The notes: generated by a model not told the origin, from the letters alone. DNA of 64,000 nt from Candidatus Poribacteria bacterium (GCA_028818705.1 JAPPNJ010000194.1:10909-74908); one strand, 5' to 3'; shown: positions 44,988-55,980, counted from the first letter of the stretch. Made by a program: numbers and translations.

Positions 44988-46478
44988 GTGCGGCTGAATC
45001 GTCGAATTATTCCAGGGTATACGACTACCCGTCTAATATTCGTCTATTTCATCGTTGGGCTTAGCATGCTGATTTTTGGATTTGTCTACTACAACGGGCA
45101 AATCTCACAGCTGAACGCCGATATAGATGCACAGATAGACATCTTCGCTGATCTGGCAGCGGAACTCCCCAGCGTCGAAGACCGGGAGTTTCAGTTGAAA
45201 TTGATCGAGATTGTCAGGAAATCATTCGCTGAAGAAAGAGCACGCACATTTTCATTTATCATCACGGATGCACAAGGAAACGTTTTAATCTCGCGAGGAG
45301 TAGACCTAAAATTAGACGCGAAGATTGACAATTTGGATATACAGGTCAACCAAAATCAGGAGATTTCGTTAACAGAAGATGAGAATGGCTTGTTGCGATC
45401 AACATTGGCACGGATGCAGGAAAAGAATGCCCCACGCGAAATACCGATGCTCCTCGAAGATAGGCAGCTAAAGGGGTATATTTACTATGGCGACGCTGCA
45501 CCCAGTGAAATGGAACATCTGCCTTTTGTGATAACTGATACTACCGGTGCTCCACAGAAATGGCAGATATGGGGCGATGTTATTACTGCTGACAAGGCAA
45601 CTGTGCAACAACGCGAACGAGCGGAAATTTTCGTTCAGAATGCCCAAGCATCTTCTGTGATTGAAACGACACCCGAATGGCATGACGGCTATTTCTATTA
45701 TGAAAGTAAGCCATACTACGGGTTGATAGTACCCTTCGTAGTCCCGGTAATCCTATTAGCATTCGGTGTCGTCTGTTTCCTCGTCTATCAACGAATAAAA
45801 TCTTATGAACATTCGGCAATTTGGGGTGGCTTAGCTAAAGAGACAGCGCATCAACTCGGCACACCGATTTCGTCATTGTTAGCGTGGACAGAACTCTTGC
45901 ATGAACGTAGCAAGGAGACAACCGATCCGACGCTTACTGAGCTTGCCGAGAGTATGCAAAACGACCTTGAGCGATTGCAGAAAACGACTGCACGCTTCGG
46001 TATGATCGGCACTCAACCCCCTCGGACCGAAGTCAATTTGGATGAAATTTTTCAGGAAGTTCAAATCTACTTTGAAAAACGGCTACCGCATATTAATCGT
46101 CGTGTTGAAATTCGACTGATACCGCACAAAATACCGTCTATCCTCGCGAATGCACAACTGTTGCACTGGGTGTTTGAAAACCTAATTCGCAACTCGCTGG
46201 ATGCCATGGATAAAGCAGAGGGATGGATTCAGATTGAAGCAACACACGACCAACGTTCCAGCGATATTGTCATACGGTACGCCGATAATGGAAGCGGCAT
46301 AGCCCGCGAAAATCAACGAAAGATCTTTGAACCAGGGATGTCTACTAAGGCACACGGTTGGGGACTCGGATTGACAGTTGTCCAACGCATTATCCGTGAG
46401 TATCATCACGGAAGTATCCGCATTGTTAAAACGAGTCCTGAAGGAACGACTTTTGAAATTCGGTTGCCTGTAGCATAG
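44988..46478 (+). CDS. Sensor histidine kinase (PorY-like by context)
   Basis: Two TM segments flank a ~220-aa extracytoplasmic domain. The H-box is ETAHQLGTPISSL, the N-box NLIRNSLDAM, and the G-boxes DNGSGI and GWGLGL. GTG 44988 follows GGAGGA, and the track start is 44952. Confidence 0.8.
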   Translation: MRLNRRIIPGYTTTRLIFVYFIVGLSMLIFGFVYYNGQISQLNADIDAQIDIFADLAAELPSVEDREFQLKLIEIVRKSFAEERARTFSFIITDAQGNVLISRGVDLKLDAKIDNLDIQVNQNQEISLTEDENGLLRSTLARMQEKNAPREIPMLLEDRQLKGYIYYGDAAPSEMEHLPFVITDTTGAPQKWQIWGDVITADKATVQQRERAEIFVQNAQASSVIETTPEWHDGYFYYESKPYYGLIVPFVVPVILLAFGVVCFLVYQRIKSYEHSAIWGGLAKETAHQLGTPISSLLAWTELLHERSKETTDPTLTELAESMQNDLERLQKTTARFGMIGTQPPRTEVNLDEIFQEVQIYFEKRLPHINRRVEIRLIPHKIPSILANAQLLHWVFENLIRNSLDAMDKAEGWIQIEATHDQRSSDIVIRYADNGSGIARENQRKIFEPGMSTKAHGWGLGLTVVQRIIREYHHGSIRIVKTSPEGTTFEIRLPVA

Positions 46479-46586
46479 TGTCAATTAACCAGCGTTGTTC
46501 GTTAAACGGGAATACTCTGCTGCTCGGCTTCCGCTGAGAAGAAATTTGACAATATGCTGCGACTGGGCAGGTTGTCTAACTTAAGT

Positions 46587-48155
46587 ATGTCACAAGCACA
46601 CCAAATCTTATGGATTGATGATGAAATAGAAGCGTTGCAACCGCATATTCACGTGCTACGCGAACGAGGTTATACCGTCACACCTGCCACAAACGGTGAG
46701 GATGGAATAGCGCTTTTAACGAATGACAATACACAGTACAGTGCCGTCCTTCTCGATCAGGTCATGCCCGGTAAAGATGGGATGGCGACCCTTGATGCGA
46801 TCCGTGCTATTGACGGGCAAATTCCTGTCGTCCTCGTCACGCAATCCAGCGATGAACAGTTTGTCGAAGTGGCCCTCGGTAAACAGGTGACCGACTTTTT
46901 GGTAAAGCCGATCGGCGTAGCCCAGATCGCCTCAACATTAAAACGTATTCTCGATCAACCGCAAATAGTTGTAGATCAAATACCCAACCGGTACACTGCT
47001 GACTTCAATGCTATACGCACCCTAAAGGATTCGGCGCCCGACTGGAAAGATTGGGTTGATATCTATGTGAAACTATTACAATGGGATTTGGTCTCTGAAC
47101 GGTTAGCTGAAGGCGGACTGGAAGAGACGCACCTCGCACAGAAAAAGGAGTGCAATGCTGAATTCTCCGATTTTGTCGAGGCACATTATCCCGACTGGGT
47201 CGCAGGCAGCCCAGACGCCCCACCCCTTTCAGTAAATGTCTTAGACCGATATGTTATACCCCAACTTCAAGCAGGAAAATCCGTTTATTTTATTGTCGTT
47301 GACTGCTTCCGTTTAGATCATTGGCTGGCAGTGGAACCACTGCTGTACCCCTATTTTTCCATTGATCGCCAATATAGCTGTTCAATCCTACCGAGTGCAA
47401 CAATGTATTCGCGAAATGCGTTGTTTAGTGGATTGTTTCCAGCAGAGGTGGCGGAGCGCTATCCGCAGTATTGGCAAGAGGAATCTGATGGGAGTACCAG
47501 TACGAATCGATATGAGCGGCAGCTGCTTGAAGCACATCTGGAGCGCAGAGGCATCAAGTTGAAACCAGGACTTCAATACTTCAAGATTTTCGATGCGCGC
47601 GGTGGAAATACATATAAAAAACGGGTCGCGGCGACGAAGCGCACCAGTCTCTCAGCTTTGGTCATCAACTTTATTGATATCTTGACGCATCAGCGTTCAC
47701 AATCGGATGTCCTACAGCAGCTTGCTCCTGATGAAGCGGCATTCCGTACCTTGGCGCATTCATGGTTTTCACATTCGGTCCTTTTTGATATTTTGCGCAT
47801 CGTTGCATCACAAAATGCCACCGTCGTACTCACAAGCGACCACGGTTCCGTCTTCTGCAATCGCGCAACGCCTGCTTTTGGAAATCGCGAGACGACCACC
47901 AGTCTACGGTTTAAAATCGGTGCTAATTTGGGGTGCGAAGAGGGCAACGCCGTCTATCTCCGCAACCCACAGGATTATCGACTACCTGCGGAGACAACAA
48001 GCAAGGACTATATTCTCGCAAAAGACGATTATTATTTCGTCTATCCGAACGATTTTTATAAATATAAACGGCAGTTTCAAGGAGGGTTTCAGCACGGCGG
48101 CATTTCGATGGGTGAACTGATAACGCCTGTCGTGACGCTGACACCGCGGCTGTAA
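46587..48155 (+). CDS. Response-regulator receiver fused to a PglZ/alkaline-phosphatase-like domain (PorX-like)
   Basis: The receiver region reads ILWIDDE ... VLLDQVMPGKDG ... KP. The PglZ-type blocks are VVDCFRLDHW, NFIDILTHQRS and LTSDHGS. Confidence 0.85.
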   Translation: MSQAHQILWIDDEIEALQPHIHVLRERGYTVTPATNGEDGIALLTNDNTQYSAVLLDQVMPGKDGMATLDAIRAIDGQIPVVLVTQSSDEQFVEVALGKQVTDFLVKPIGVAQIASTLKRILDQPQIVVDQIPNRYTADFNAIRTLKDSAPDWKDWVDIYVKLLQWDLVSERLAEGGLEETHLAQKKECNAEFSDFVEAHYPDWVAGSPDAPPLSVNVLDRYVIPQLQAGKSVYFIVVDCFRLDHWLAVEPLLYPYFSIDRQYSCSILPSATMYSRNALFSGLFPAEVAERYPQYWQEESDGSTSTNRYERQLLEAHLERRGIKLKPGLQYFKIFDARGGNTYKKRVAATKRTSLSALVINFIDILTHQRSQSDVLQQLAPDEAAFRTLAHSWFSHSVLFDILRIVASQNATVVLTSDHGSVFCNRATPAFGNRETTTSLRFKIGANLGCEEGNAVYLRNPQDYRLPAETTSKDYILAKDDYYFVYPNDFYKYKRQFQGGFQHGGISMGELITPVVTLTPRL

Positions 48156-48399
48156 GGCGCAGTTTACAAACCCGTATTCGGTGAATAGATAGTATGTCTC
48201 TTATAAGTCACTCCCATTAGAGGCAACCGCACACTTGCTAATGTTGCTGAAGCGTTCGCCCCGACAGTACATGCCTCACTACTGTCAACCGAAACGCAGC
48301 ATGCAATGCTTCAATGCCCTCGATGCTTTTTGCGACGCTGCCGATTTTTGACATGACAATTAACCGAGGTGCCTTTTAAAAAAGGCACGATAGGAGGTA

Positions 48400-49965
48400 A
48401 TGATGGAAAAGGAGATACTTATTTCTGATGATGAGTATGAAACGCGCTGTGCGGTGCTTGAACAAGGAGTGGTGACGGAAATTTATATTGAACGGAAAGC
48501 TGCTACGCAAACGTTGGGAAATCTCTACAAAGGGCGAGTTGAAAATGTCTTACCTGGCATGCAGGTAGCTTTTGTTGATATCGGATTAGATAGGCATGCA
48601 TTCCTGCATATCTCTGATCTCAAATACGAGAGTGTTAACGAAGGAGAGATCGAAAATGGGAATGGAAAATCCTCAAAGAACGCCGCTATAGTGGATTTAA
48701 AGGCAAAGCAGCAATCTCGGGGGGGACGCGGTTTTCCATTTTTGATAAGCGACCTCATCTCGAAAAAGCAGGAATTGCTTGTACAGGTTGGCAAAGAACC
48801 TATAGGGACAAAGGGTGCGCGCGTTACAAGTAACATCACGCTCCCTGGACGTTATGTTGTCTACATGCCGAACTCCTCAAATATTGGGGTGTCACGCCGG
48901 ATTGAGTCACCTGCTGAACGCGATAGGCTGCGTGATATGGCGAAGGCGATTAAAGCTGATGTTGAAGGCGGTTTTATTATACGCACTGCTGCCGAAGGCT
49001 TGAGTGAAACTGAATTCGCCGCTGAAATCCGATATCTCATTGATCAGTGGAAACAGACTTGTAAACGTGCCAAACGTAAATCCGCGCCTTCCCTCATCAG
49101 CGAAGATCTTAGCTTTACCAACAGAATTGTTCGCGATATGCTCACCAAGGAGGTCAAGCAACTCCTGATTGATTCAAAAGCCGGCTGCGAGGAAGCTATG
49201 GATTATGTTTCTTCTGTTATGCCTGACTTACAACCAAGGGTGTCGCTCTATCAAGGCAATACAACGCTCTTTGATGCCTATGGCGTAGAACGTGCACTCA
49301 AGGATGCGCTCAGCGAGAAAATTTGGCTCAAGTGTGGTGGCCATATTATTATTCAACAGACCGAGGCTATGGTTTCCATTGATGTGAACACCGGACGGTT
49401 CGTCGGAAAATCCGATCCGGATAACACAATTCTTAGTGCTAATCTTGAGGCTGTCGAAGAGGTCGTCCGCCAGATTCAATTACGAGATTTAGGTGGTATT
49501 ATCGTCGTCGATTTTATTGACATGGAGGAAGCATCGCACCGGAAGCAAGTCTTTAAAATGCTCCAAGAAGCACTGCGCAAAGACCGGGCGCGCACTAACA
49601 TCCTACACTTCTCCGATTTAGGGCTTGTCGAAATGACACGTCAACGCACGAGACCGAGTCTTGCTACCTTATTAATGGAAGATTGCCCGTACTGCGATGG
49701 ACACGGCACGATCTTGTCCATTGAGACTGTTGTTATTCAGCTGCTCCGTGCAATAAAATTGGCACATCAGCAAACCCAACAGGCCGAATTGCGAGTTATG
49801 GCTAATGATTATGTCGTTTCGCATATAAAGTCGGAGATGGCAAATAAATTGCGTGACCTCAGGCATTCGTTGAAATTGAACCTTACGCTCGAATCTGATG
49901 CTGACCTGCACCTCGAAGATTACCGAATCTTTGTCGGCAGAGGCAAGGAGTTATTTTTGGATTAA
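48400..49965 (+). CDS. rng: Rne/Rng-family ribonuclease (RNase G-like)
   Basis: The S1 domain reads GNLYKGRVENVLPGMQVAFVDIGLDRHAFLHISD. The catalytic core reads SIDVNTGRFVG ... GGIIVVDFIDM. The Zn-link-like motif is CPYCDGHG. Confidence 0.9.
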   Translation: MMEKEILISDDEYETRCAVLEQGVVTEIYIERKAATQTLGNLYKGRVENVLPGMQVAFVDIGLDRHAFLHISDLKYESVNEGEIENGNGKSSKNAAIVDLKAKQQSRGGRGFPFLISDLISKKQELLVQVGKEPIGTKGARVTSNITLPGRYVVYMPNSSNIGVSRRIESPAERDRLRDMAKAIKADVEGGFIIRTAAEGLSETEFAAEIRYLIDQWKQTCKRAKRKSAPSLISEDLSFTNRIVRDMLTKEVKQLLIDSKAGCEEAMDYVSSVMPDLQPRVSLYQGNTTLFDAYGVERALKDALSEKIWLKCGGHIIIQQTEAMVSIDVNTGRFVGKSDPDNTILSANLEAVEEVVRQIQLRDLGGIIVVDFIDMEEASHRKQVFKMLQEALRKDRARTNILHFSDLGLVEMTRQRTRPSLATLLMEDCPYCDGHGTILSIETVVIQLLRAIKLAHQQTQQAELRVMANDYVVSHIKSEMANKLRDLRHSLKLNLTLESDADLHLEDYRIFVGRGKELFLD

Positions 49966-50020
49966 CGCTAATCCTCTGGCGTGTCCCTTGAGCCTTGTCA
50001 GTGTTTGCGTGAAATCTAAA

Positions 50021-50049
50021 TTGACATCGGCAGGTTTTTAGGGTATAAT
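50021..50049 (+). promoter_or_regulatory. Consensus sigma70 promoter (TTGACA, 17-nt spacer, TATAAT) of rplU-rpmA
   Basis: TTGACA is at 50021-50026 and TATAAT at 50044-50049. Confidence 0.65.
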
Positions 50050-50085
50050 TTTAAGTAGAAAGCACGAAAGGAGTGATTTTCAAAA

Positions 50086-50412
50086 ATGTATGCAGTTTTT
50101 GCAAGCGGAGGGAAACAGCATCGGGTAGAGATTGGAAGCCTTATTGATGTTGAAAAACTGGATGCTGATATCGGCGAAAATGTCACATTCCCATCTGTCT
50201 TGGCTGTTCTTGATGAGGACGGCAATTTGCAAGCCGGTGCGCCGTACCTTGAGAACACGGCAGTTACTGGTGAAGTTATTCAGCAAGCGCGCGCGAAAAA
50301 GACAATTGTGTTCAAATCGAAGCGACGCAAAGGATACAAACGGAAGTTAGGACACCGTCAGCCATTTACACGTGTGAAAATTACCGCAATTGGCGCGGTG
50401 GAGGGAGAATAA
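50086..50412 (+). CDS. rplU: 50S ribosomal protein L21
   Basis: The sequence begins [25 protein letters not shown] and contains [14 protein letters not shown]. Confidence 0.95.
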   Translation: MYAVFASGGKQHRVEIGSLIDVEKLDADIGENVTFPSVLAVLDEDGNLQAGAPYLENTAVTGEVIQQARAKKTIVFKSKRRKGYKRKLGHRQPFTRVKITAIGAVEGE

Positions 50413-50416
50413 TCCG

Positions 50417-50683
50417 ATGGCACATAAAAAAGGTGGTGGAAGCACCCGCAACGGACGCGATAGCATCGGAAAACGACTTGGTGTTAAAAGGTTTTCCGGG
50501 AATTACGTCACCGCGGGGAGCATCCTCGCTCGGCAGCGTGGAACGCACATTCACGCCGGCAACAACGTCGGTGTTGGAAGAGATTATACACTCTACTCGA
50601 AAGTCGATGGATATGTATGGTTCGAGCGAAAAGACAAATATCGCCGGAAGGTGAGTGTCTATACAGAGCGTCCTGAATTTTAG
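50417..50683 (+). CDS. rpmA: 50S ribosomal protein L27
   Basis: The sequence begins [26 protein letters not shown] and contains RQRGT. ATG 50417 follows GGAGGGAG. Confidence 0.95.
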   Translation: MAHKKGGGSTRNGRDSIGKRLGVKRFSGNYVTAGSILARQRGTHIHAGNNVGVGRDYTLYSKVDGYVWFERKDKYRRKVSVYTERPEF

Positions 50684-50716
50684 CGAATATTCCGGCGTCA
50701 GGAACGAACGACGAGA

Positions 50717-50767
50717 AGCCTCGCCTGAGGGAGGTGCATTGACGCACCACCTGAGCGGGGCTTTTTT
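50717..50767 (+). terminator. Intrinsic terminator after rpmA
   Basis: A long imperfect GC-rich hairpin (AGCCTCGC..GGTGC-ATTGAC-GCACC..GCGGGGCT) is followed by TTTTTT. Confidence 0.65.
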
Positions 50768-50829
50768 AATCCAACATGTAGTCGTATAACACTGTTGGTA
50801 CTGCTGCAGAACAGACGTGAGAAATTAAG

Positions 50830-51234
50830 ATGAAATCGGTAATTTGTCTTGTTATTCTGGTAATGCTCGCCGGCTGTGGTGGACAATTACAGCAGCTCGC
50901 TGTAGAGACTATGGAAAACGCCCAAGTCGCGCTCACTTCCGCAAACGCGATGGGGGCACAGGAGACCGCAGTGACACCGCTGCGTACTGCCGAAGAGATG
51001 CTTACCAATGCCCAGAATGCAATGGATGCAGGTGATGCTGAACAGGCGTACCGGTTGGCGCTACGGGCATACCTCCATGCGCGTATTGCAACTGAGACCG
51101 CCATTGCTATTCGCGAAGAGGGGCGCGTTCAGGAAGCCGATGAGCAGCTTACAGCCAGTCAACAGCGCGTCGCTGAGGCACTTCAAAGGCTGGAGGCTAT
51201 AAAAGCGGAACTTGACGCGTTGCGAAAGTTGTGA
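50830..51234 (+). CDS. DUF4398-like helical lipoprotein
   Basis: It has a lipobox (VMLAGCGG) and an Ala/Glu/Gln-rich helical repeat typical of the DUF4398 proteins that precede OmpA-family genes. Confidence 0.6.
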   Translation: MKSVICLVILVMLAGCGGQLQQLAVETMENAQVALTSANAMGAQETAVTPLRTAEEMLTNAQNAMDAGDAEQAYRLALRAYLHARIATETAIAIREEGRVQEADEQLTASQQRVAEALQRLEAIKAELDALRKL

Positions 51235-51244
51235 GGAAAAGGTG

Positions 51245-52891
51245 ATGAGATTTTACGGTTGGTTATTTTTATTTGCATACCTTTCTATCTTTGGATGCGG
51301 CGTGCCAGAGATTGATGAAGTTATGCTGGCGACGCAACTTCAGGACGCACAGCAGGCGATTAATAACGCAGCCGAATTGGAAGCTGAGCCTTTGGTGCCA
51401 GAGGAGTTCGGGCGAGCCGTAAAGCTCCTAAACTTCTCACGCAATGCGCAGGAAGAAGGCAACATCCCGCAGAGCGCGGAGTTTGCGTATCAGGCGGAAT
51501 TGGTCGCACAGGTTGCAATCGCGAAGGCACGACAGCATCACGCACAGCAACAGGTTATTGATATCCGAGAAAAGGTATATCAACAAATTATAAAGGCGCA
51601 GGAGCATGAACGCGAAATTGCGAACATCCGCCAAGTAATTACGGAAGAACAGCTGACTCGCGCTTTGAGTTCGCACGACAAAGTCCAACAGGTCAGAGAG
51701 CAGCTTTTAGCCGAAATTGCTGATTTGAAGATGGCGCTGCGTCAAGCCGAGCTGCGTTTGCCGGTCACAAACTTGGATTCGCTGATCGGTATTACTGCCT
51801 ACATATATCCAGCGATTAAAACGACTGCTGATTACGAACGAGCCCAAGCAGCAATCGCCTCGATAGTTAATCTCGTTGAACGTGGGGAGTTTGCTGAAGC
51901 AGAGAAGGCTATTGATAAAGCACAGACGGCGGTAAACAGTCTTTACGAATTAGCGATACAGAGACAGAAGTTGGAGGCGGAAGCGAAACTCAAGGCACAA
52001 ATCTCAATTACCCGGGTTGAGGTAATGATCGAGCGGGCGCAAATTCTTAATGCCAGTGAGCATACACCAGAGTTATTCCAAGACGCAAGTGCACAACTGA
52101 GACGTGCCAAGCAGGCATTGACAAACCGCCGCTATGAGCAGGCGGATCAATTCGCACAGCAGGCGCAACGGGTGGCAGATGAGACGGTCACAACCGCAGG
52201 CGTAAAAGAATTCCAACGGCGGGCAAAAGAGGCGTTAGATCGGATAATATCGCGAGCAGAACGAGAAGTTCGCGCCTTGAATGAAAAGATTAGGGCGCAG
52301 TCGGAAACACAAGTGCCGCGAATGGAGACGCGACTGTATGAACTTGCAAATTCCGCTTATGCAGGGGCAAAATCCGCACTGGCAGCAAAAGAATATCAGA
52401 CAGCAATCGAAGCAGCAGCGGAGGGCAACGATTACTTAGAACGTGCTATCGCCAACACGCAGCAGGTGACCTCTATCAAATCGGAATTAATAGAGGCAGT
52501 GAGACAGATTCCTAAGGTTTCGGATGTCATGGAAGAACAAAATAGCGTGTTAGTTCGTATTAACGGAGGCACGTTTGCCTCTGGGAGTGCCTCCCTCCAA
52601 GAAAGTTTTGCTCCTACATTTGCACAACTCGCAGAGGTCCTACAAAGAGATGATTTTCGTGACTATCCTGTCCGAGTTGAGTCGCATACAAGTTCCTTGG
52701 GGAATGCCAGCGTTAATCGAAAAATAAGTATGGCGCGCGCCGACACAGTGAAGAATACTCTTGTGAATAAGGGCATTGATGTCAGACGACTCACTGCTGC
52801 CGGTTTGGGTGAAACTCAGCCTGTTGCTACAGAGGGGCCAGACAAAGAGGCGCGAAATCTCAGAATCGATGTAATTATTACAACAAATTGA
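51245..52891 (+). CDS. OmpA-family peptidoglycan-binding lipoprotein with a long coiled-coil N-terminal region
   Basis: ATG 51245 follows GAGGA. A lipobox (SIFGCG) is present. The C-terminal OmpA-like domain reads RVESHTSSLGNASVNRKISMARADTV...LTAAGLGETQPVA. Confidence 0.8.
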   Translation: MRFYGWLFLFAYLSIFGCGVPEIDEVMLATQLQDAQQAINNAAELEAEPLVPEEFGRAVKLLNFSRNAQEEGNIPQSAEFAYQAELVAQVAIAKARQHHAQQQVIDIREKVYQQIIKAQEHEREIANIRQVITEEQLTRALSSHDKVQQVREQLLAEIADLKMALRQAELRLPVTNLDSLIGITAYIYPAIKTTADYERAQAAIASIVNLVERGEFAEAEKAIDKAQTAVNSLYELAIQRQKLEAEAKLKAQISITRVEVMIERAQILNASEHTPELFQDASAQLRRAKQALTNRRYEQADQFAQQAQRVADETVTTAGVKEFQRRAKEALDRIISRAEREVRALNEKIRAQSETQVPRMETRLYELANSAYAGAKSALAAKEYQTAIEAAAEGNDYLERAIANTQQVTSIKSELIEAVRQIPKVSDVMEEQNSVLVRINGGTFASGSASLQESFAPTFAQLAEVLQRDDFRDYPVRVESHTSSLGNASVNRKISMARADTVKNTLVNKGIDVRRLTAAGLGETQPVATEGPDKEARNLRIDVIITTN

Positions 52892-52897
52892 AGACCT

Positions 52898-53185
52898 GTG
52901 CCACACAAACAACCTTATGTCATCCATCAGATTGCGCTCAACCTGTTTGGTGACAGATATATCATCATTTACGGGAATACAATTCAGTTCCACAACCACT
53001 GCTACCATGTGAGACGTATAGATGTCCCTGAACATCTATATCATGGATGCTACTACCTACAAGACGCGAACACGGGCTTGGCGATGTGGAGCGATGTTGA
53101 CTTCGCACCACCAGGAAGCTACGGTGTAATCTTCGAGCCAGAAACCGGTGAGATTATTGACCGTGAACCCGTCCATAACGATTAA
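52898..53185 (+). CDS. Hypothetical small protein (95 aa), doubtful
   Basis: It has a GTG start with no RBS and overlaps the long-frame extension of guaA. No family recognised. Confidence 0.3.
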   Translation: MPHKQPYVIHQIALNLFGDRYIIIYGNTIQFHNHCYHVRRIDVPEHLYHGCYYLQDANTGLAMWSDVDFAPPGSYGVIFEPETGEIIDREPVHND

Positions 53186-53228
53186 TAACCGCGTGCAAGC
53201 CGTTAAAGATATGCCCTACACCGATAAT

Positions 53229-54782
53229 ATGAAATCAGAACAGCAAGAGACTATCCTTATTTTGGACTTCGGCTCGCAGTACACGCAGCTAATTGCGCGA
53301 CGTATCCGTGAGCAAAACATTTATTGCGAAATTCATCCGTATGCGCTATCGCTCGCGCAGATTGAGGCGATTGCGCCGAAGGGAATCATCCTCAGTGGTG
53401 GACCGGCGAGCGTCTACGAAATCGAGTCCCCGAAGATAGACACCAAACTTTTTGAATTAGGTATTCCTGTATTGGGTATCTGCTACGGCATGCAGCTCAT
53501 GGCTGCACTCCTAACGGGTGGAAAGGTTCAGGCAGCCACCGAGCGGGAGTACGGACACGCACCCCTCCAAGTTCTTGACGCATCAGAGCCGCTATTTGAT
53601 GGGCTTTGCTCCGAATTTTCTGCCTGGATGAGCCATGGGGACCGGATTGACAAGCTCCCAATCGGATTCCAGACGATTGGACAAACAGAGAATGCTCCGA
53701 TTGCTGCTATGGTAGATTCCAATCGTGCCTTTTACGGTTTACAGTTTCATCCTGAGGTTGAGCATACACAGGATGCTGACAGGATTTTGCAGAACTTTAC
53801 GCGAAAAATCTGTCAATGTCACAGTGCTTGGACAATGCGAGCCTTTATCGCCCGCGCAATGGCACAGATTCAGGAACAGGTTGGGGATGAACGTGTCCTA
53901 TGTGCAGTGAGCGGAGGGGTCGATTCTATGGTGCTCGCAACGCTTCTCCATAAGGCGATAGGTGATGCTCTTGTGCCTGTCTTTGTGGACAATGGACTCC
54001 TTCGTAAGAACGAAGCGGCAGAAGTCGTTGCAACATGTAAGCAGCTTAATATTCCTCTCGTCGCTGTTGATGCAGTCGATCCGTTTCTGAGTGCTTTGGT
54101 AGGGATCACCGATCCTGAAGAGAAACGAAAGGTAATTGGAGCGCAGTTCATTGAGACCTTTGAATCAACAGTCCTCAGAATGAAACATAACTTCCGATTC
54201 CTCGCGCAAGGCACACTCTATCCGGACGTAATAGAAAGTGTCTCTGTGAAAGGACCTTCAGCTACGATTAAGACACACCACAACGTTGGTGGACTACCGA
54301 CTGATATGCCGTTTGAATTGCTTGAGCCTTTTCGGGAACTCTTTAAGGATGAGGTACGCGCAGTCGGTGCTGAACTGAATATGCCAGCGCATGTGCTCGG
54401 GCGACATCCGTTTCCGGGTCCTGGACTGGCTGTACGCGTCTTGGGTGAGGTCACTTATGAGCGATTGGAGGTGCTCCGCGCAGCGGACGCTATTTTTATC
54501 TCTGAAATTAAGGAGGCGGGATTGTACAACGAAATTTGGCAGGCTTTGGCAGTACTGTTGCCGGTCAAAAGTGTTGGTGTCATGGGAGACGCGCGGACGT
54601 ACGAGAATGCCGTTGCGTTGCGAGCCGTCACCAGCAGCGATGCAATGACCGCTGATTGGGCACGCATCCCTGCCGATGTACTCGCCAGAATCTCCAACCG
54701 TATTATTAACGAAGTGCAAGGCATCAACCGTGTCGTTTACGATATTAGTTCAAAACCGCCCAGCACTATTGAGTGGGAGTAG
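53229..54782 (+). CDS. guaA: GMP synthase (glutamine-hydrolyzing)
   Basis: The recognisable blocks are [27 protein letters not shown], the PP-loop SGGVDS, and the C-terminal PPSTIEWE. An alternative start exists at 53211. Confidence 0.95.
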   Translation: MKSEQQETILILDFGSQYTQLIARRIREQNIYCEIHPYALSLAQIEAIAPKGIILSGGPASVYEIESPKIDTKLFELGIPVLGICYGMQLMAALLTGGKVQAATEREYGHAPLQVLDASEPLFDGLCSEFSAWMSHGDRIDKLPIGFQTIGQTENAPIAAMVDSNRAFYGLQFHPEVEHTQDADRILQNFTRKICQCHSAWTMRAFIARAMAQIQEQVGDERVLCAVSGGVDSMVLATLLHKAIGDALVPVFVDNGLLRKNEAAEVVATCKQLNIPLVAVDAVDPFLSALVGITDPEEKRKVIGAQFIETFESTVLRMKHNFRFLAQGTLYPDVIESVSVKGPSATIKTHHNVGGLPTDMPFELLEPFRELFKDEVRAVGAELNMPAHVLGRHPFPGPGLAVRVLGEVTYERLEVLRAADAIFISEIKEAGLYNEIWQALAVLLPVKSVGVMGDARTYENAVALRAVTSSDAMTADWARIPADVLARISNRIINEVQGINRVVYDISSKPPSTIEWE

Positions 54783-54804
54783 CAAAAAATTGGCGGATAG
54801 CAAA

Positions 54805-55980
54805 TTACGCCGCGTAAGCCTGTGAGGCGGCCTCAACAGCTGCACCCCGTTTCACGCTATGTCCAGAGGCAATCAAAAGTTTCTCCAGCGCGTTGAGGAA
54901 TAACATAACATTCCGTTCGTTGGATGAATCGCCCATCAGCCCAACCCGCCATGCCTTTCCGGCAAAGATTCCCAAGCCACCACCGATCTCTATCCCGTAG
55001 TCCGCAATTAACTGTCCCCGAATCGTCGCATCGTCAATACCATCAGGGATACGTAATGTGGTTAACATCGGTGCGCGGTAGCCTTCCTCTGCAGCGGGTT
55101 GCAGTCCGATCGCTTTCGCACCTGTGAGCAGTGCACCCGCATTACGCTCATGCCGTTTATAGCGATCCGCTAAACCTTCTTCTAATATAACGCGCAACCC
55201 TTCACGTAACGCGTAAATGAGCGACATCGAAACGGTGTGATGATAGCCTCGCTTTTCACCGTGCCAATAGTTTTCGAGCAGCGTCATGTCGAGATAAAAG
55301 CTCTGAATAGGTGTCTTTCGGTTCTGAATCACTTCGACGGCACGTTCACTGAAACTAATCGGCGAAAGTCCAGGAGGACAGGCGAGGCACTTTTGGGTAC
55401 AGCTATAGGCAACATCAATACCACGGGCATCCAAGTCTACAGGTTGTCCGCCAAGAGTGGTCACACAGTCTGCGAGAAAGAGTGCCCCGTTTTCGTGGGC
55501 GATCTGAACTGCTTCTGTCAGCGGTTGGAGAATACCAGTAGAGGTTTCCCCATGCACGAGTGCAACCAGTTTCGGCTTGGAAACCTTCGCGACGGTTTTG
55601 GCAATTTTTTCAATAGGTATGTGTTTACCCCATTCTGCTTCCACTGTTGTTACCGCCGCGCTGCACCGTGCAGCGATATCAGCGATCCTGCCGCCAAAGT
55701 AGCCGTTGACGCCGACAATGACTGAGTCCCCGGGTTCAATGAGGTTAGCGAGTGCCGCTTCCATTCCGGCTGTTCCTGTACCGGAGACTGGTAAGGTGAG
55801 TCTGTTTTCGGTTCCAAAAACTCGGCGGAGGAGTTCCACCGTGTCATCCATTATCTGGACAAATTCGGTGTCTAAATACCCCAGCATTGGGGTTGTCATT
55901 GCTTTGAGAACCCGCGCGTTGGCTTCACTTGGTCCCGGACCGAGTAGCACGCGCGGGGATGCTATTAATTCGTCAAACAC
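54805..55980 (-). CDS. Class V aminotransferase (serine-pyruvate / alanine-glyoxylate type)
   Basis: The recognisable blocks are LLGPGPS, SGTGTAGMEA, VHGETSTG and the PLP-lysine context YSCTQKCL. Confidence 0.85.
   Translation of the reverse strand: MFDELIASPRVLLGPGPSEANARVLKAMTTPMLGYLDTEFVQIMDDTVELLRRVFGTENRLTLPVSGTGTAGMEAALANLIEPGDSVIVGVNGYFGGRIADIAARCSAAVTTVEAEWGKHIPIEKIAKTVAKVSKPKLVALVHGETSTGILQPLTEAVQIAHENGALFLADCVTTLGGQPVDLDARGIDVAYSCTQKCLACPPGLSPISFSERAVEVIQNRKTPIQSFYLDMTLLENYWHGEKRGYHHTVSMSLIYALREGLRVILEEGLADRYKRHERNAGALLTGAKAIGLQPAAEEGYRAPMLTTLRIPDGIDDATIRGQLIADYGIEIGGGLGIFAGKAWRVGLMGDSSNERNVMLFLNALEKLLIASGHSVKRGAAVEAASQAYAA

Noticed and set aside
50766-51104. 112-aa minus-strand ORF and the 50433..50654 and 50844..51035 plus-strand ORFs
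   Set aside because: They are alternative frames of rpmA and of the Ala-rich DUF4398 gene. GC3-rich Ala/Arg composition is typical of frame shadows.
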